Source: Coleofasciculus chthonoplastes F2-STO-03
GTDB taxonomy: Bacteria > Cyanobacteriota > Cyanobacteriia > Cyanobacteriales > Coleofasciculaceae
NCBI GenBank assembly: GCA_040222015.1
Contig: JAVJWO010000017.1
Location: forward strand, 1 to 59,209
Direction: 5' to 3'
DNA: 59,209 bases
The notes under the pieces are model-generated. The model was not told the origin of the DNA. It did not search any database and was given only the letters and a program-made list of their open reading frames with translations. Below are positions 1 to 10,480 of the stretch, piece by piece (position 1 is the stretch's first letter; every line of letters starts with the position of its first letter). Position numbers and translations under genes: made by a program.

Positions 1-273
1 GACAACACGATACGCCTGTGGGATAGAGAGGGCAACCCGATCGGAGAACCCTTCAAAGGGCATGAGTCTTTTGTCAACTCAGTGGCATTTAGCCCCGACG
101 GCAACACAATTGCTTCTGGCAGTGATGACAAGACGATACGCCTGTGGGATAGAGAGGGCAACCCGATCGGAAAACCCTTCAAAGGGCATGAGTTTGCGGT
201 CAACTCAGTGGCATTTAGCCCCGACGGCAACACAATTGCTTCTGGCAGTATAGACAAGACGATACGCCTGTGG
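1..273 (+). repeat. 126-bp tandem WD40-coding repeat (2+ units visible)
   Basis: Bases 1-126 and 127-252 match at 117/126; a third unit begins at 253. Confidence 0.95.
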
Positions 274-996
274 CGCGGTGGCAATTGGCAGGATTGGCTT
301 GGGGTAGGGTGTAATCGGTTGATTGCTCATCCCCTCTTAGTTGCTCCGGAAACGCTACTTGGTGAGGATTCTGAAACGATTGAGGTAGCTGAAGCTGCTG
401 CCCAAACTTGTCAAAACTCCGCCTGGAACCAAACGGAAAAAGCCCAATTTATGGTCAATCAAGGTCGAGCCATGGCGCGAGAGGGGGATATGGATGCTGC
501 TAATGCCAAATTCCAACAAGCCCAAAAATTGTCTGCCAAAATCAATCTTCCCACTTCAGAACAAGTTGCCGGATGGGTGGCTGAGGGTTTGATCAAGCAG
601 GGTAAGAAGCAAGTAAGCGAAGGTGAGGTTAAAGAAGCGCTAACGGCTTATGATAAAGCACAAACAATAGACCCAACCTGGAAAATTTCTGCTGAATCTT
701 GGCATACCCTCTGTTGGTACGGGAGTCTGCACAAGGAGGCGGCTGCGGTGATGGATGCTTGTGAAAAGGCTGTAGCACTTGCGCCTGAAAATGGAGGGTT
801 TCGGGATAGTCGCGGCATTGCCAGAGCGCTGACGGGGGATAAACAAGGAGCGATTGAGGATTTTCAGGCATATATAGAGTGGGCTGATTCGGAGAGGTTT
901 GAGGAGGAAATAAAACAACGGCAAGGCTGGATTGATGCCCTCAAGGCGGGTAAGAATCCTTTCACAGAGGAGGAGATTGAGAAATTGTTAAGGTAG
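1..996 (+). CDS. 3' end of a WD40-repeat protein with C-terminal TPR region (5'-partial, starts before the window)
   Basis: Frame is open from base 1 (DNTIRLWDREGNPIGEPFKGHE...). Canonical GH...WD repeats with a 42-aa period are followed by TPR-like helices (LCWYGSLH..ACEKAVALAP). Confidence 0.9.
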   Translation, partial: DNTIRLWDREGNPIGEPFKGHESFVNSVAFSPDGNTIASGSDDKTIRLWDREGNPIGKPFKGHEFAVNSVAFSPDGNTIASGSIDKTIRLWRGGNWQDWLGVGCNRLIAHPLLVAPETLLGEDSETIEVAEAAAQTCQNSAWNQTEKAQFMVNQGRAMAREGDMDAANAKFQQAQKLSAKINLPTSEQVAGWVAEGLIKQGKKQVSEGEVKEALTAYDKAQTIDPTWKISAESWHTLCWYGSLHKEAAAVMDACEKAVALAPENGGFRDSRGIARALTGDKQGAIEDFQAYIEWADSERFEEEIKQRQGWIDALKAGKNPFTEEEIEKLLR

Positions 997-1015
997 TTAC
1001 CAATCCGTATCCGGG

Positions 1016-1086
1016 GAACGCTACCCCCGTTATAACCCAGTCCGCGCAGGCGGACTTTGTTTGTGTAGTAGCGATTTCAATCGCCT
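1016..1086. repeat. small dispersed palindromic repeat (AGTCCGC..GCGGACT plus GCGATTTCAATCGC hairpins)
   Basis: Two short inverted repeats directly after the WD40 gene; resembles cyanobacterial small dispersed repeats. Confidence 0.55.
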
Positions 1087-1208
1087 CCTCAAAAGGGGAT
1101 TGTGCTCCTCAATTCTGCGCCAAGGAAACTTGGGGTACACTCTAAAGGTCGTATTTCTCTATTGGTAACTACATCCACCCGCCTGATTAAATTTCTTACT
1201 CTAACGTT

Positions 1209-1799
1209 ATGCGCTCTACCCTAAAGACGCCAACCTCGTCTCACGCTTGGCAGGATTTGCCCCTCGCTCAAGTGCCAGACTCTCTACAACTGGATAACAT
1301 TAAAACCCAGTTGGACTTAATCTTAATGGCGCTGGAAGCCTTGGCGGGTATTGGTTCTGAAGCAATGCTGCAAGCGGCGGCTGACTTGAATTTAGAGTCA
1401 GTGGTGTCCGATCGCGTCGGGTTATGGCGTCTGCGTCAGTCTAACCCCCAGCGTAAAAGTTCAGGGGGGCGCAAAAAGTTGGATGTGGAAGAAGCGCGAT
1501 CGCTAGTTTTGATTATTTGTCATCTTGCCAAGCAGCATCAGGAACTCATTCGTCGGGCTGTAGCCCTATTGGAACAAATGACCGAACAAAATAGTGAACC
1601 CCATCGAACTGCCTTGTTAGGCGATTATCTCGATACATTTATTAACACCTATCAGGAACGGATGGAGCAAGGAGACGAGGTATCCATGGATGTACTCAAT
1701 CAACTGGCATTCAAATTACTCATTGATTTACTCTTCTATAGTGATGCCCATGGTCATCGGCGTCTCTGGTTAGCCTTATTAGGTTCAGCGTCTGCCTGA
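1209..1799 (+). CDS. DUF3038 family conserved cyanobacterial protein
   Basis: LDLILMALEAL...DRVGLWRLRQSNPQR...LLIDLLFYS motifs; usual pairing with DUF4335 downstream. Confidence 0.8.
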   Translation: MRSTLKTPTSSHAWQDLPLAQVPDSLQLDNIKTQLDLILMALEALAGIGSEAMLQAAADLNLESVVSDRVGLWRLRQSNPQRKSSGGRKKLDVEEARSLVLIICHLAKQHQELIRRAVALLEQMTEQNSEPHRTALLGDYLDTFINTYQERMEQGDEVSMDVLNQLAFKLLIDLLFYSDAHGHRRLWLALLGSASA

Positions 1800-1810
1800 A
1801 TTTTGACCGC

Positions 1811-1873
1811 GTAGGGGCGGGTTTCACGACTATCTTTTCCTTTGCACCTAGATGTAACTAAACCCGCCCCGAC
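1811..1873. repeat. GTAG-type REP-like long hairpin (GTAGGGGCGGGTTT...AAACCCGCCCC)
   Basis: Inverted arms with a variable loop. The family recurs at about 15489, 23211, 24556, 28871, 29897, 30960, 32585, 33309, 33466, 46961 and 56191. Confidence 0.85.
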
Positions 1874-1910
1874 TAAGTGCGAACATTTTATGACAAATGA
1901 CCAATAACAA

Positions 1911-3488
1911 ATGATAATGCCTAGCTCAGTTCTACGCCGCTATACGCCACCCACCTGTACTCTAGCAATTGTGGCAAAAACGTCACCCCTGTCGCGTTGG
2001 GTGGGGAAATCTGTGGTGAAAGACTTACGGTTTGAATTACATTTTGATGATCCGCGACAACCTGAGGAAAAGCTGGTTACAATTAAAGGCGATCGCACGG
2101 AACTTGATGTCTTATATGAAGCGGTTAGTCACTACATCCAAAACTTCCTCAACACCTCTCCCCAACCATTACCCTGGACTAAGCTAACCTCTTCTGTACA
2201 ACCTGATAATCTAGAGGAATCCGAATCTAATACCCCAGAAACCGCCTCTCCTATCTCATTAGTTACCTCGGCTCAACCTTCCGAAAATCAAGAGTCTGAA
2301 CTACCATCCACAAAATTACAACCTTTAAAACCCTGGACATTGCCATTAGGTATTACACTACAACCCAAAGGGTTAGTCACCCATGAATTAGTTCTCGGTC
2401 AACTCGCAAACGAAGACTCTGGATCAGTTGTTTACTTAAGTGTTCTTCAACTGTTCGATTTAGCCACAGCCTTAGATGATTATGCCGCAGAAATTTTAGC
2501 TTTACCCAACCTCAATCGTGCGGGTAAAGCCAAAGTCTTACCCCTGTGGACAAAAGCCGCCGCTATCGTCGTGTTAGCCGTAGGAGTCACAACAGCAGGG
2601 GTGAGATGGTTCAATCAATCCCAATTAACTCAGGAAACCGCCAGCCTCAGTTCAGCTTCGGATGCACCGGAAGAAGTCCCCTCAAACCTAGCTCAAGAAC
2701 TGCCAACACCAACACCATCCCCCTTACCTTCGCCACCCTCACCCATTCCGACGCCAACAGTACCACCCTCGTTAGCTAACGCGCCCACAGTACCTCCCCC
2801 CAAACCCGTTAAACCCCCAGCACCATCGACTCGGAGTTCATCACCAGAACCAGCACCCCAACGTCGAGAGATTGCCATCACGCCTCCACCCCAGCGCCCT
2901 CCGGCTCAACCTGCACCGAGTACACCAGCCTCTCCGTCAACTCCACTCCCTACCCAACCCAGTCGCCCTCCAGCGCCGACGGGGAATGTGCCAAAGTCCC
3001 GGAGTTCGACCCAAGTACCCGCGACACCCCCACCACTGCCCGTATTTCCCCCTCTTGATGTCACTCCAGCTACACCAGAACTCCCAAACGTGAGAAGTAG
3101 TCCCTCAGTAACCGCCCGTCGTCCTTCTTTGCCAACGGATACGGAGATAGAGTCAACCGAGTTAGATGATACCAATGATGCCGCCAGAGGTAGACTCTTT
3201 GACACAATTCCCCAAGTTGCCCAAGCAAGAACCTACTTGCAACAGCGATGGCAACCGCCAGAGGACTTGACAAAAGTGCTAGAGTATCGGCTATTTATTG
3301 CGCCAGATGGTTCCATTGAACGGATTATTCCTCTGGGACAAGCCTCACAAGTTCACATTGAAAAAACTGGTATTCCGTTAGTAGGTAAACCCTTTGTTTC
3401 ACCCATTCAAGGAGACAAGAATCCCACAATTCGGGTTGTCCTGAATCCGGATGGTCAAGTTGAGACATTTTTGGAGGAGATGCAATGA
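1911..3488 (+). CDS. DUF4335 domain membrane protein with Pro-rich linker
   Basis: RRYTPPTCTL N-terminus, QLFDLATALD motif, one TM helix, Pro-rich region and a C-terminal QRWQPP..LEYRL domain. Confidence 0.8.
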   Translation: MIMPSSVLRRYTPPTCTLAIVAKTSPLSRWVGKSVVKDLRFELHFDDPRQPEEKLVTIKGDRTELDVLYEAVSHYIQNFLNTSPQPLPWTKLTSSVQPDNLEESESNTPETASPISLVTSAQPSENQESELPSTKLQPLKPWTLPLGITLQPKGLVTHELVLGQLANEDSGSVVYLSVLQLFDLATALDDYAAEILALPNLNRAGKAKVLPLWTKAAAIVVLAVGVTTAGVRWFNQSQLTQETASLSSASDAPEEVPSNLAQELPTPTPSPLPSPPSPIPTPTVPPSLANAPTVPPPKPVKPPAPSTRSSSPEPAPQRREIAITPPPQRPPAQPAPSTPASPSTPLPTQPSRPPAPTGNVPKSRSSTQVPATPPPLPVFPPLDVTPATPELPNVRSSPSVTARRPSLPTDTEIESTELDDTNDAARGRLFDTIPQVAQARTYLQQRWQPPEDLTKVLEYRLFIAPDGSIERIIPLGQASQVHIEKTGIPLVGKPFVSPIQGDKNPTIRVVLNPDGQVETFLEEMQ

Positions 3489-3636
3489 AAGAATGGATTG
3501 GGGGAAAACCAACTTTACCCCCACCGGAAGAATCGCGATCGCAAGCGAAGGCGTATACTATGGGGAATTGGGAATTGGAAGACCCTAAAAACACAGGATA
3601 ATTTTCCCATTGCCATTGCTCATTACCTAAATTGCC

Positions 3637-5220
3637 ATGCGCGTTTTACTCCTCTATCCCCAGTTTCCCAAGTCCTTCTGGTCTTTTGACAAAGCCATCG
3701 AACTGGTTGGACGCAAGGTGACTCTGCCGCCTTTGGGTATGATTACAGTGGCAGCGATATTGCCTCAGACGTGGGAATTCCGTCTGGTAGACCGGAATGC
3801 GAGATTAGAAACTCAAGCCGATTGGGATTGGGCAGATTTAGTCATTGTATCCGGGATGATTGTGCAGAAACCTGATTTGCTGCACATCATTCGGGAAGCC
3901 AAGCAGCGCGGGAAGACAGTCGCAGCCGGAGGTCCCTACTTTACTTCTGTACCCGAGACAGCATTACAAGCAGGGGTCGATTTTCTAATTTTGGATGAGG
4001 GGGAAATTACCTTACCCAAGTTTGTTGAAGCGCTAGAACGCGGAGAAACCTCTGGTGTACTCCGTTCTGATGGAAAAAAGCCGGATGTCACCAATACCCC
4101 GATTCCTCGCTATGACTTACTGAATTTAAGTGACTACAGTGATATGTCGGTACAGTTTTCTAGAGGCTGTCCATTTCAGTGTGAGTTTTGTGACATTATT
4201 GTCCTCTATGGACGTAAGCCCCGCACGAAAAGCCCAGCACAACTACTCGCCGAATTACAACGACTCTATGACTTGGGATGGCGGCGTTCGATTTTCTTAG
4301 TGGATGATAACTTTATTGGCAATAAGCGGAACGTTAAGCTATTACTGCGAGAACTCGGACCGTGGATGGCGGAACACGGCTATCCGTTCCGCTTAAGCAC
4401 AGAAGCTTCAGTCGATTTGGCACAGGATCAGGAATTGCTAGATTTAATGATAGCGGCTAACTTTACGGGTGTGTTTTTGGGAATTGAAACACCAGATACG
4501 GAGAGTCTATCCCTCACCCAAAAATTCCAAAATACTCGCAACTCCCTGATGGAAGCCGTACAAACGATAAATAAATCTGGACTGCGGGTGATGGCAGGGT
4601 TTATTATTGGCTTTGATGGAGAAAAATCCAGAGCAGGCGATCGCATTATCCAGTTTGTAGAAGCCACAGCCATTCCTCAAGCTATGGTGAGTATGCTTCA
4701 GGCTCTGCCCAATACAGCTTTATGGCATCGACTCAAGCGAGAGGAGCGTCTGTTAGAAGAAGATAAGGAAGCCAATATTCACCAAGGAACCCTAATTAAT
4801 TTTATCCCCACTCGTCCTGTAGAAGAACTCGCTCGCGAATATGTCAGTTGTTTCTGGGAATTGTACGAACCTCACCGCTATTTGGGGCGAGTGCATCGCC
4901 ATTTCCTCCAAATGCAACCCACGCCGCATAAACGTAAATTCAAGATACCTGACTGGATGACTCTACGGGCGCTATTAATTATTATGTGGCGACAGGGAGT
5001 CAAGCGTTACACTCGGTTCCAATTTTGGCGTCAATTATTCTCGATTTTGCGGAAAAATCCCCGCATCTTTGAGCGTTATATCGTCAATTGCGCTCATCTG
5101 GAGCATTTTTTGGAGTACCGTCAAATTGTCCGGGATAATATTGAAGCACAATTAGCGGAGTATTTAGCCGAAAAAGCCAAGGTTTCTGCTGAAGTAAGAG
5201 AAACCGAATTAGTCAGCTAA
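3637..5220 (+). CDS. B12-binding radical SAM protein (DUF4070 C-terminus)
   Basis: PPLG N-terminal B12-binding region and SRGCPFQCEFC (CxxxCxxC) motif. Confidence 0.9.
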   Translation: MRVLLLYPQFPKSFWSFDKAIELVGRKVTLPPLGMITVAAILPQTWEFRLVDRNARLETQADWDWADLVIVSGMIVQKPDLLHIIREAKQRGKTVAAGGPYFTSVPETALQAGVDFLILDEGEITLPKFVEALERGETSGVLRSDGKKPDVTNTPIPRYDLLNLSDYSDMSVQFSRGCPFQCEFCDIIVLYGRKPRTKSPAQLLAELQRLYDLGWRRSIFLVDDNFIGNKRNVKLLLRELGPWMAEHGYPFRLSTEASVDLAQDQELLDLMIAANFTGVFLGIETPDTESLSLTQKFQNTRNSLMEAVQTINKSGLRVMAGFIIGFDGEKSRAGDRIIQFVEATAIPQAMVSMLQALPNTALWHRLKREERLLEEDKEANIHQGTLINFIPTRPVEELAREYVSCFWELYEPHRYLGRVHRHFLQMQPTPHKRKFKIPDWMTLRALLIIMWRQGVKRYTRFQFWRQLFSILRKNPRIFERYIVNCAHLEHFLEYRQIVRDNIEAQLAEYLAEKAKVSAEVRETELVS

Positions 5221-5312
5221 ATAGGCTACTGGCGTGACACAGCGAATTTGATGGATTATTACGTCCAGAAATTGTAGGGGCGCAAGGCTTGCGCCCGATT
5301 TAACCGTGCATA

Positions 5313-6719
5313 GTGCAAATGGTATTCGTTCAACCCAGCTTAGGTGAAATTGAACACCTAGACTCTCAATTAGCAAAACATTTTAACAGCAAGTTAATTG
5401 TCCATGAGCAGCTAAACCGCTCATTGGTTAGTTATCAAGCCAATAAAACTCGCGCTATATATCGTTGGTATAAATATAAAGAAGCGTTTTCTGCTGCTTT
5501 AGTGGACTATCTATTGCAACTTTATGGGATTACTAACGGTACAATGTTAGATCCATTCGCTGGGAGTGGTACAGCCCTATTTGTCGCGAGTGAAATGGGT
5601 ATCAATGCCCAAGGTATTGAATTACTGCCGATTGGTCAGGAAATCATTACAATTCGGAAACTATTAGCCTCCAACCTTACTACTGATGATATTACTACTT
5701 TAACTCATTGGTCAACCAAACGACCCTGGGAAAAGGTTGAGAGTATCTGCTCTCTTCTCGAATTAAGAATTACTAAAGGAGCGTATCCCGAAGCAACTCG
5801 AAACGCAATTGAACAATACATGAGCGCATGGCAATGTGAGAATAAACGAGTTCAGGCTATTTTGCGCTTTGCCTTACTTTGTATTTTAGAATCGGTGAGT
5901 TACACCCGCAAAGACGGTCAATATTTGCGCTGGGATTATCGCTCAAGCCGGAAACCCGGAAAGAAGGCTTTTAATAAAGGTAAAATTCCCAGTTTTGCTG
6001 AAGCAATTTGCCGTAAACTCAATGAGATTGTTGCTGATTTGCAGCCTCAACATGAACAGCTTGAACTTTTTTCGGTAGAGAAGGAACTAGGTGAGATTAA
6101 GCTTGACAAGGGTTCATCTCTAGATTTAATGCCAAGGTTACCAGATAGTTCATATAATGCTATTTTAACTTCGCCTCCCTATTGTAATCGCTACGATTAC
6201 ACAAGAACTTATGCTTTAGAATTAGCATTGTTAGGTATAAATGAGCAGGAACTATTAAACTTGAGACAACAAATGCTGAGTTGTACCGTGGAAAATCGCC
6301 CCAAAGATTTACTTCAAATGAATCCTCACTGGCAATCCGCGATCGCGGCGGCTGATCACCAGGAATTATTACAAGCTATTCTTCACTATTTAGAGGATCA
6401 GAACTCACGGGGAAGTTTAAATAATAAAGGAATTCCGCGTATGGTTCGTGGATACTTTTATGAAATGGCTTGTACAATCTCTGAATGTGCGCGAGTTTTG
6501 AAATCTAATGCTCCCTTAATCATGGTGAATGATAATGTTCGCTATGCTGGAGCAAGTATTTCCGTGGATCTGATTCTTTCAGACTTAGCCGAAAAACTGG
6601 GATTTTTTGTTGAAACTATTCTAGTGTTGCCTAATGGCAAAGGCAATAGCAGTCAACAAATGGGCGCTCATGGGCGAGAACCGTTGCGGAAATGCATTTA
6701 TGTGTGGAGAAAACGCTGA
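5313..6719 (+). CDS. site-specific DNA amino-methyltransferase, M.AvaI/M.BsoBI-like (probable m4C)
   Basis: Motif [10 protein letters not shown] precedes motif IV TSPPY; its stop overlaps the start of the BsoBI-family endonuclease remnant (TGATG). Confidence 0.85.
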   Translation: MQMVFVQPSLGEIEHLDSQLAKHFNSKLIVHEQLNRSLVSYQANKTRAIYRWYKYKEAFSAALVDYLLQLYGITNGTMLDPFAGSGTALFVASEMGINAQGIELLPIGQEIITIRKLLASNLTTDDITTLTHWSTKRPWEKVESICSLLELRITKGAYPEATRNAIEQYMSAWQCENKRVQAILRFALLCILESVSYTRKDGQYLRWDYRSSRKPGKKAFNKGKIPSFAEAICRKLNEIVADLQPQHEQLELFSVEKELGEIKLDKGSSLDLMPRLPDSSYNAILTSPPYCNRYDYTRTYALELALLGINEQELLNLRQQMLSCTVENRPKDLLQMNPHWQSAIAAADHQELLQAILHYLEDQNSRGSLNNKGIPRMVRGYFYEMACTISECARVLKSNAPLIMVNDNVRYAGASISVDLILSDLAEKLGFFVETILVLPNGKGNSSQQMGAHGREPLRKCIYVWRKR

Positions 6720-7702
6720 TGACAATGGATAATCCCTATTGTCAGCATTTGAATTCTAGTGATGACTTAGTGACTCCTTATGCAGCAATTCGATCTGTTT
6801 TTGTCGCTTTAGCTTTAGAAAAAAAACGACGTGCGACACCCTTTGTCGAGCAAGCAAGAGTTTTGAAAGCGGCTGCATCTAGAACCAAAACCCCTAGCGA
6901 GTTAGCTGATATTGAGGATATACAACCAACCAGCCTTATTAACAGCATCAGGTGTTTCCGATAAAGCAGCAAGATATCTAGATACTCACGATAAAGTGGC
7001 GGCAATTCGGGGATTAATCGAAAATTTACTTGAGCCAGCAGGCGCAAATTTTATTGAGGAGTTAGTTTTTCGATTTCTGCTTATACGAGGAGATAGCCTT
7101 GGCGGTTCCATGCGGAATGTGGGCGGAATTTTGGCACAACGTAAGTTAACGCGCATGTTGATATGATATCTACTTTGACTGTTGCAGGTAAATCTTATCA
7201 ATGGCTGCATGCAAGTATTAACCGATGGGTGCAAATGACTGATGAAGACTCAGATATTGAATTGCACTTAAAAGGGCTAAGCTGGAAAAATAATAAGCAA
7301 AACAGGACTCTTATTTATAAGTTAACTGTGCCTTTTATTAAAAACAATGTAGACTTATGCCTGTTAAACTGTAGTCCCCAAGAGTTGGCAACAAAAAAAC
7401 TGGCTCAAATGACGTACAATCTTCCTACTGTTTACCTAGCTCTTGGAGAACTAAAAGGCGGCATTGATCCGGCTGGTGCTGATGAACATTGGAAGACAGC
7501 TCGTTCAGCGCTCTACCGAATCAATCAAGCATTTATGACTCGTGAACTAAAACCGCATACCTTCTTTATTAGAGCCGCAATCGCCAAGGCAATGGCAGGT
7601 GAAATCTGGCGTCAGCTACAGGAAGAAACGCTGACAAATGCAGCTAACTTAACGGATGAAGAACAACTGGCTTCTATATCACGTTGGCTATGCAGTAGTT
7701 AA
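6719..7702 (+). pseudogene. AvaI/BsoBI-family type II restriction endonuclease, split by two frameshifts
   Basis: Three consecutive ORF pieces (6719-6964, 6912-7166, 7163-7702) join into one BsoBI-like protein: [46 protein letters not shown]. Confidence 0.88.
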
Positions 7703-7855
7703 GTATATCTCATCAAGCTGAAAACGACTCTATCTATAAGTGGAGAAACCGTAAAATGCACGTCAATCGAAATCTGAGGAACAAAATCCAACTCGTCGAA
7801 GAATTTGTTGGGGTTCGCTGTCGCTCTACCCAACCTACTATTCCCAACTTAATCC

Positions 7856-7949
7856 GAATGCCACTGACTGGTATGTTGGTGGGCAATGCCCACCCTACGG
7901 TATATCAAAGGTTTCGGTGATTCCCTAATGCAAATTTTCAGTGCCATTC
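7856..7949. mobile_element. 94-bp MITE with 12-bp terminal inverted repeats and 10-bp target duplication
   Basis: Ends GAATGCCACTGA / TCAGTGCCATTC (11/12 complementary); AACTTAATCC at 7846-7855 and 7950-7959. Confidence 0.8.
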
Positions 7950-8104
7950 AACTTAATCCGGTAGACGGATTGCCAGACAGCAAAACTCCTGCAAGTATTA
8001 AATTATTTCTTATATTAAATACAGCATCCTTCAGTTTAGGGATTAGAGTACAGCTAACCTGAGTCCTAAATTAACCATCAATTCCAAGCCTATCGGTATA
8101 AACT

Positions 8105-9763
8105 ATGTTCTCCTTAACTCAAAACAACTCTCGACAACGCGAAATTCTAGAAGTCGTCTTCCGCAATGGTTGGGAGTACATGCGAAGACTGCTGACGGGT
8201 AGCAAGGCTGACAAACCACAATTGCCTCCCCCAGAGGTGCTGCGTAACGTGCTAACAGAATTGGGACCGGTTTATGTGAAGCTGGGACAGTTGCTGAGTA
8301 CTCGTCCCGATTTGTTACCCGCCGATTACATTAATGCTCTCTCGGAACTCCAAGCTAGAGTACCCCCTGTGGCGTGGAGTGAGGTTGAAGTGTTGCTGCG
8401 AAAACAACTACGACAACCCTTAGAGGAAACCTTTGCCAAAATTGACCCCCGCTCCGTGGCTGCTGGTTCTATTGCCCAAACCCATCGAGCTACCTTAAAA
8501 AATGGTCAGGAGGTAGCGCTGAAAGTTCAGCGTCCAGGAATTGATAAGGTTGTTCCTCAGGATATCGCGATAATTAAAAGTTTAGCCGATTTAGTCTCGC
8601 GCACTGAGTTTGGACAAGACTATGATGTGGTGGCTTTGGCGGAGGAGTTTGCCAACGCCCTGGAAGCCGAACTCGATTTTACCAAAGAAGCCAGCTATAC
8701 TGACCAATTACGGCGCAATCTTTCCAGAAGTCGCTGGTTTGACCCAACGCAAATCATGGTTCCCGCTATTTATTGGGAATTGACGACGGAGAAACTGATG
8801 GTGATGGAATGGTTAGAGGGTAAACCCATTCTCGAAGCCCAGTTTCCGGTAGAGCAAAATGGCGAAGATAGCGGTAACGAGAAGGAACAGCGCAAAGCAA
8901 TTACTACGCTTTTATTTCGTGCCTTTTTTCAGCAACTCTATGTGGATGGTTTTTTCCATGCTGATCCTCATCCCGGCAACTTATTCTATCTCCAGGATGG
9001 TCGCGTGGCGCTTTTGGACTGCGGAATGGTTGGGCGTTTAGACCCACGTACCCAACAAATTTTAACCGAAATGTTACTCGCGATCGTGGATTTAGATGCT
9101 CAACGCTGCGCCCAGTTAACGCTGCAACTATCTGAGTCAGGTCAACCCGTTATCTTATCACGGTTGGAAAATGACTACGATCGCATGTTGAGAAAATACT
9201 ACAACCTCAGCATCTCACAAATCAACTTCAGTGAGATCTTTTATGAAATCTTGGAACTTGCCCGAAATAACCGAGTCCGCTTACCCAGCAATATGGGATT
9301 ATACTCCAAGTGTCTCGCCAACCTAGAAGGGGTGGCTCGTACTTTTAATCCAGAGGTGAATCTCCTCGACGAAATCAAACCCCTGATGACCGATTTATTT
9401 CGGCGTCAGCTTTTGGGTTCAAATCCCTTGCAAACCTTTCTCAGAACCGCTCTGGATATTAAAAGTCTCTCGCTTCAATCTCCCCGTCAGATGGAGTTAC
9501 TGCTTGACCGAATAACGTCAGAAACTTTAAAGTGGAATATTACTATTCGAGATATTGATCCTCTGCGCCGCAGTCTGGATGATTCAGCCAATCGGCTTTC
9601 ATTTAGTATTTTGGTGGGTTCCTTGATTATGGGCGCAGCGATTATCTCGACAGGAGCGCGAACGAGTCAGCTTTCGCTAATAAGTAATATCCTGTTCGGT
9701 GTTGCCAGTTTTTTAGGGTTGTGGTTAATTGTCAGCATCCTCAAGTCAGGACGATTGAAGTGA
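8105..9763 (+). CDS. ABC1/UbiB (AarF) family atypical kinase
   Basis: ELGPVYVKLGQLLSTRPDL, AAGSIAQ, VALKVQRP, FFHADPHPGN and LLDCGMVG motifs; C-terminal TM helices. Confidence 0.92.
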   Translation: MFSLTQNNSRQREILEVVFRNGWEYMRRLLTGSKADKPQLPPPEVLRNVLTELGPVYVKLGQLLSTRPDLLPADYINALSELQARVPPVAWSEVEVLLRKQLRQPLEETFAKIDPRSVAAGSIAQTHRATLKNGQEVALKVQRPGIDKVVPQDIAIIKSLADLVSRTEFGQDYDVVALAEEFANALEAELDFTKEASYTDQLRRNLSRSRWFDPTQIMVPAIYWELTTEKLMVMEWLEGKPILEAQFPVEQNGEDSGNEKEQRKAITTLLFRAFFQQLYVDGFFHADPHPGNLFYLQDGRVALLDCGMVGRLDPRTQQILTEMLLAIVDLDAQRCAQLTLQLSESGQPVILSRLENDYDRMLRKYYNLSISQINFSEIFYEILELARNNRVRLPSNMGLYSKCLANLEGVARTFNPEVNLLDEIKPLMTDLFRRQLLGSNPLQTFLRTALDIKSLSLQSPRQMELLLDRITSETLKWNITIRDIDPLRRSLDDSANRLSFSILVGSLIMGAAIISTGARTSQLSLISNILFGVASFLGLWLIVSILKSGRLK

Positions 9764-9808
9764 TTGTTCTTCGGTATTTGTGGTGGCAACCTGAGTTTTT
9801 TGGTATCA

Positions 9809-9857
9809 GGGAATAGGGAATAGGGAATAGGGAATAGGGAATAGGGAATAGGGAATA
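9809..9857 (+). repeat. heptamer tandem repeat (GGGAATA)x7, STRR-type
   Basis: Read directly from the sequence. Confidence 0.95.
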
Positions 9858-9874
9858 GAAATTTTGTATTCCAT

Positions 9875-9934
9875 CTCCCTCAGCTTCCCCAGCTTCCCCA
9901 GCTCCCCCAGCTCCCCCAGCTTCCTCAGCTTCCC
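9875..9934 (-). repeat. 9-mer tandem repeat (GGGGGAGCT-like on the minus strand)
   Basis: CTCCCCCAG/CTTCCCCAG units; same family as 16254-16320 and 40113-40170. Confidence 0.9.
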
Positions 9935-10480
9935 TTAATCCCCTGCCTCCGAAGAGGGTTGAAGTTTCAAGGCTTGTTGGAGTTGGGCAAGTTCATCGCG
10001 ATGGGCGATAACAGTCACTAAGCTTTGCTTATCCGTCTGGGGATTCGGCAAAGGTTCAACTTTTAGGAACACCTGTTCATCGCGTCCCGCACCTTTCCAG
10101 TAAAAAATGCCAGCCACAGGAGCTAGTAAAACTAGCCCCAGGAAAACCTGGGATAGGTTTGGGTAGAGTATGGATAGAACCAATGATAGACAAAGAATAC
10201 CACAGGCTGCAAGTGCGGTTAAAAAGATAGCCAGAAACCAACTGGGTCGGACAAAACCCTGAAATGTCACTTGACCCGTGGCTGGGTCAACCGCAGCTAC
10301 CCGGTATGCTCTTTGATCAAAATAGTTCTGCAACCGTTCTAGGAGGGAGGCTTCGGGTTCTTGAGCAATGAGTTGAACTTTTTGGGTTCGGTCTTTCACA
10401 GAAGCCCGGATGAAAAAGAACAAACCTACTGCTAACAAAAAAGTCAGCAGGAATGTGGAAGATAGAATTGGTGTACTCAC
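9935..10480 (-). CDS. ccb1: cytochrome b6f heme ci assembly factor Ccb1 (DUF3529)
   Basis: STFLLTFLLAVGLFFFIRASVKDRT, FYWKGAGR and AHRDEL motifs. Confidence 0.8.
   Translation of the reverse strand: MSTPILSSTFLLTFLLAVGLFFFIRASVKDRTQKVQLIAQEPEASLLERLQNYFDQRAYRVAAVDPATGQVTFQGFVRPSWFLAIFLTALAACGILCLSLVLSILYPNLSQVFLGLVLLAPVAGIFYWKGAGRDEQVFLKVEPLPNPQTDKQSLVTVIAHRDELAQLQQALKLQPSSEAGD

Noticed and set aside
1..273. Diversity-generating retroelement acting on the WD40 or Uma2 repeats
   Set aside because: Differences are not confined to adenines, and there is no reverse transcriptase in the window.
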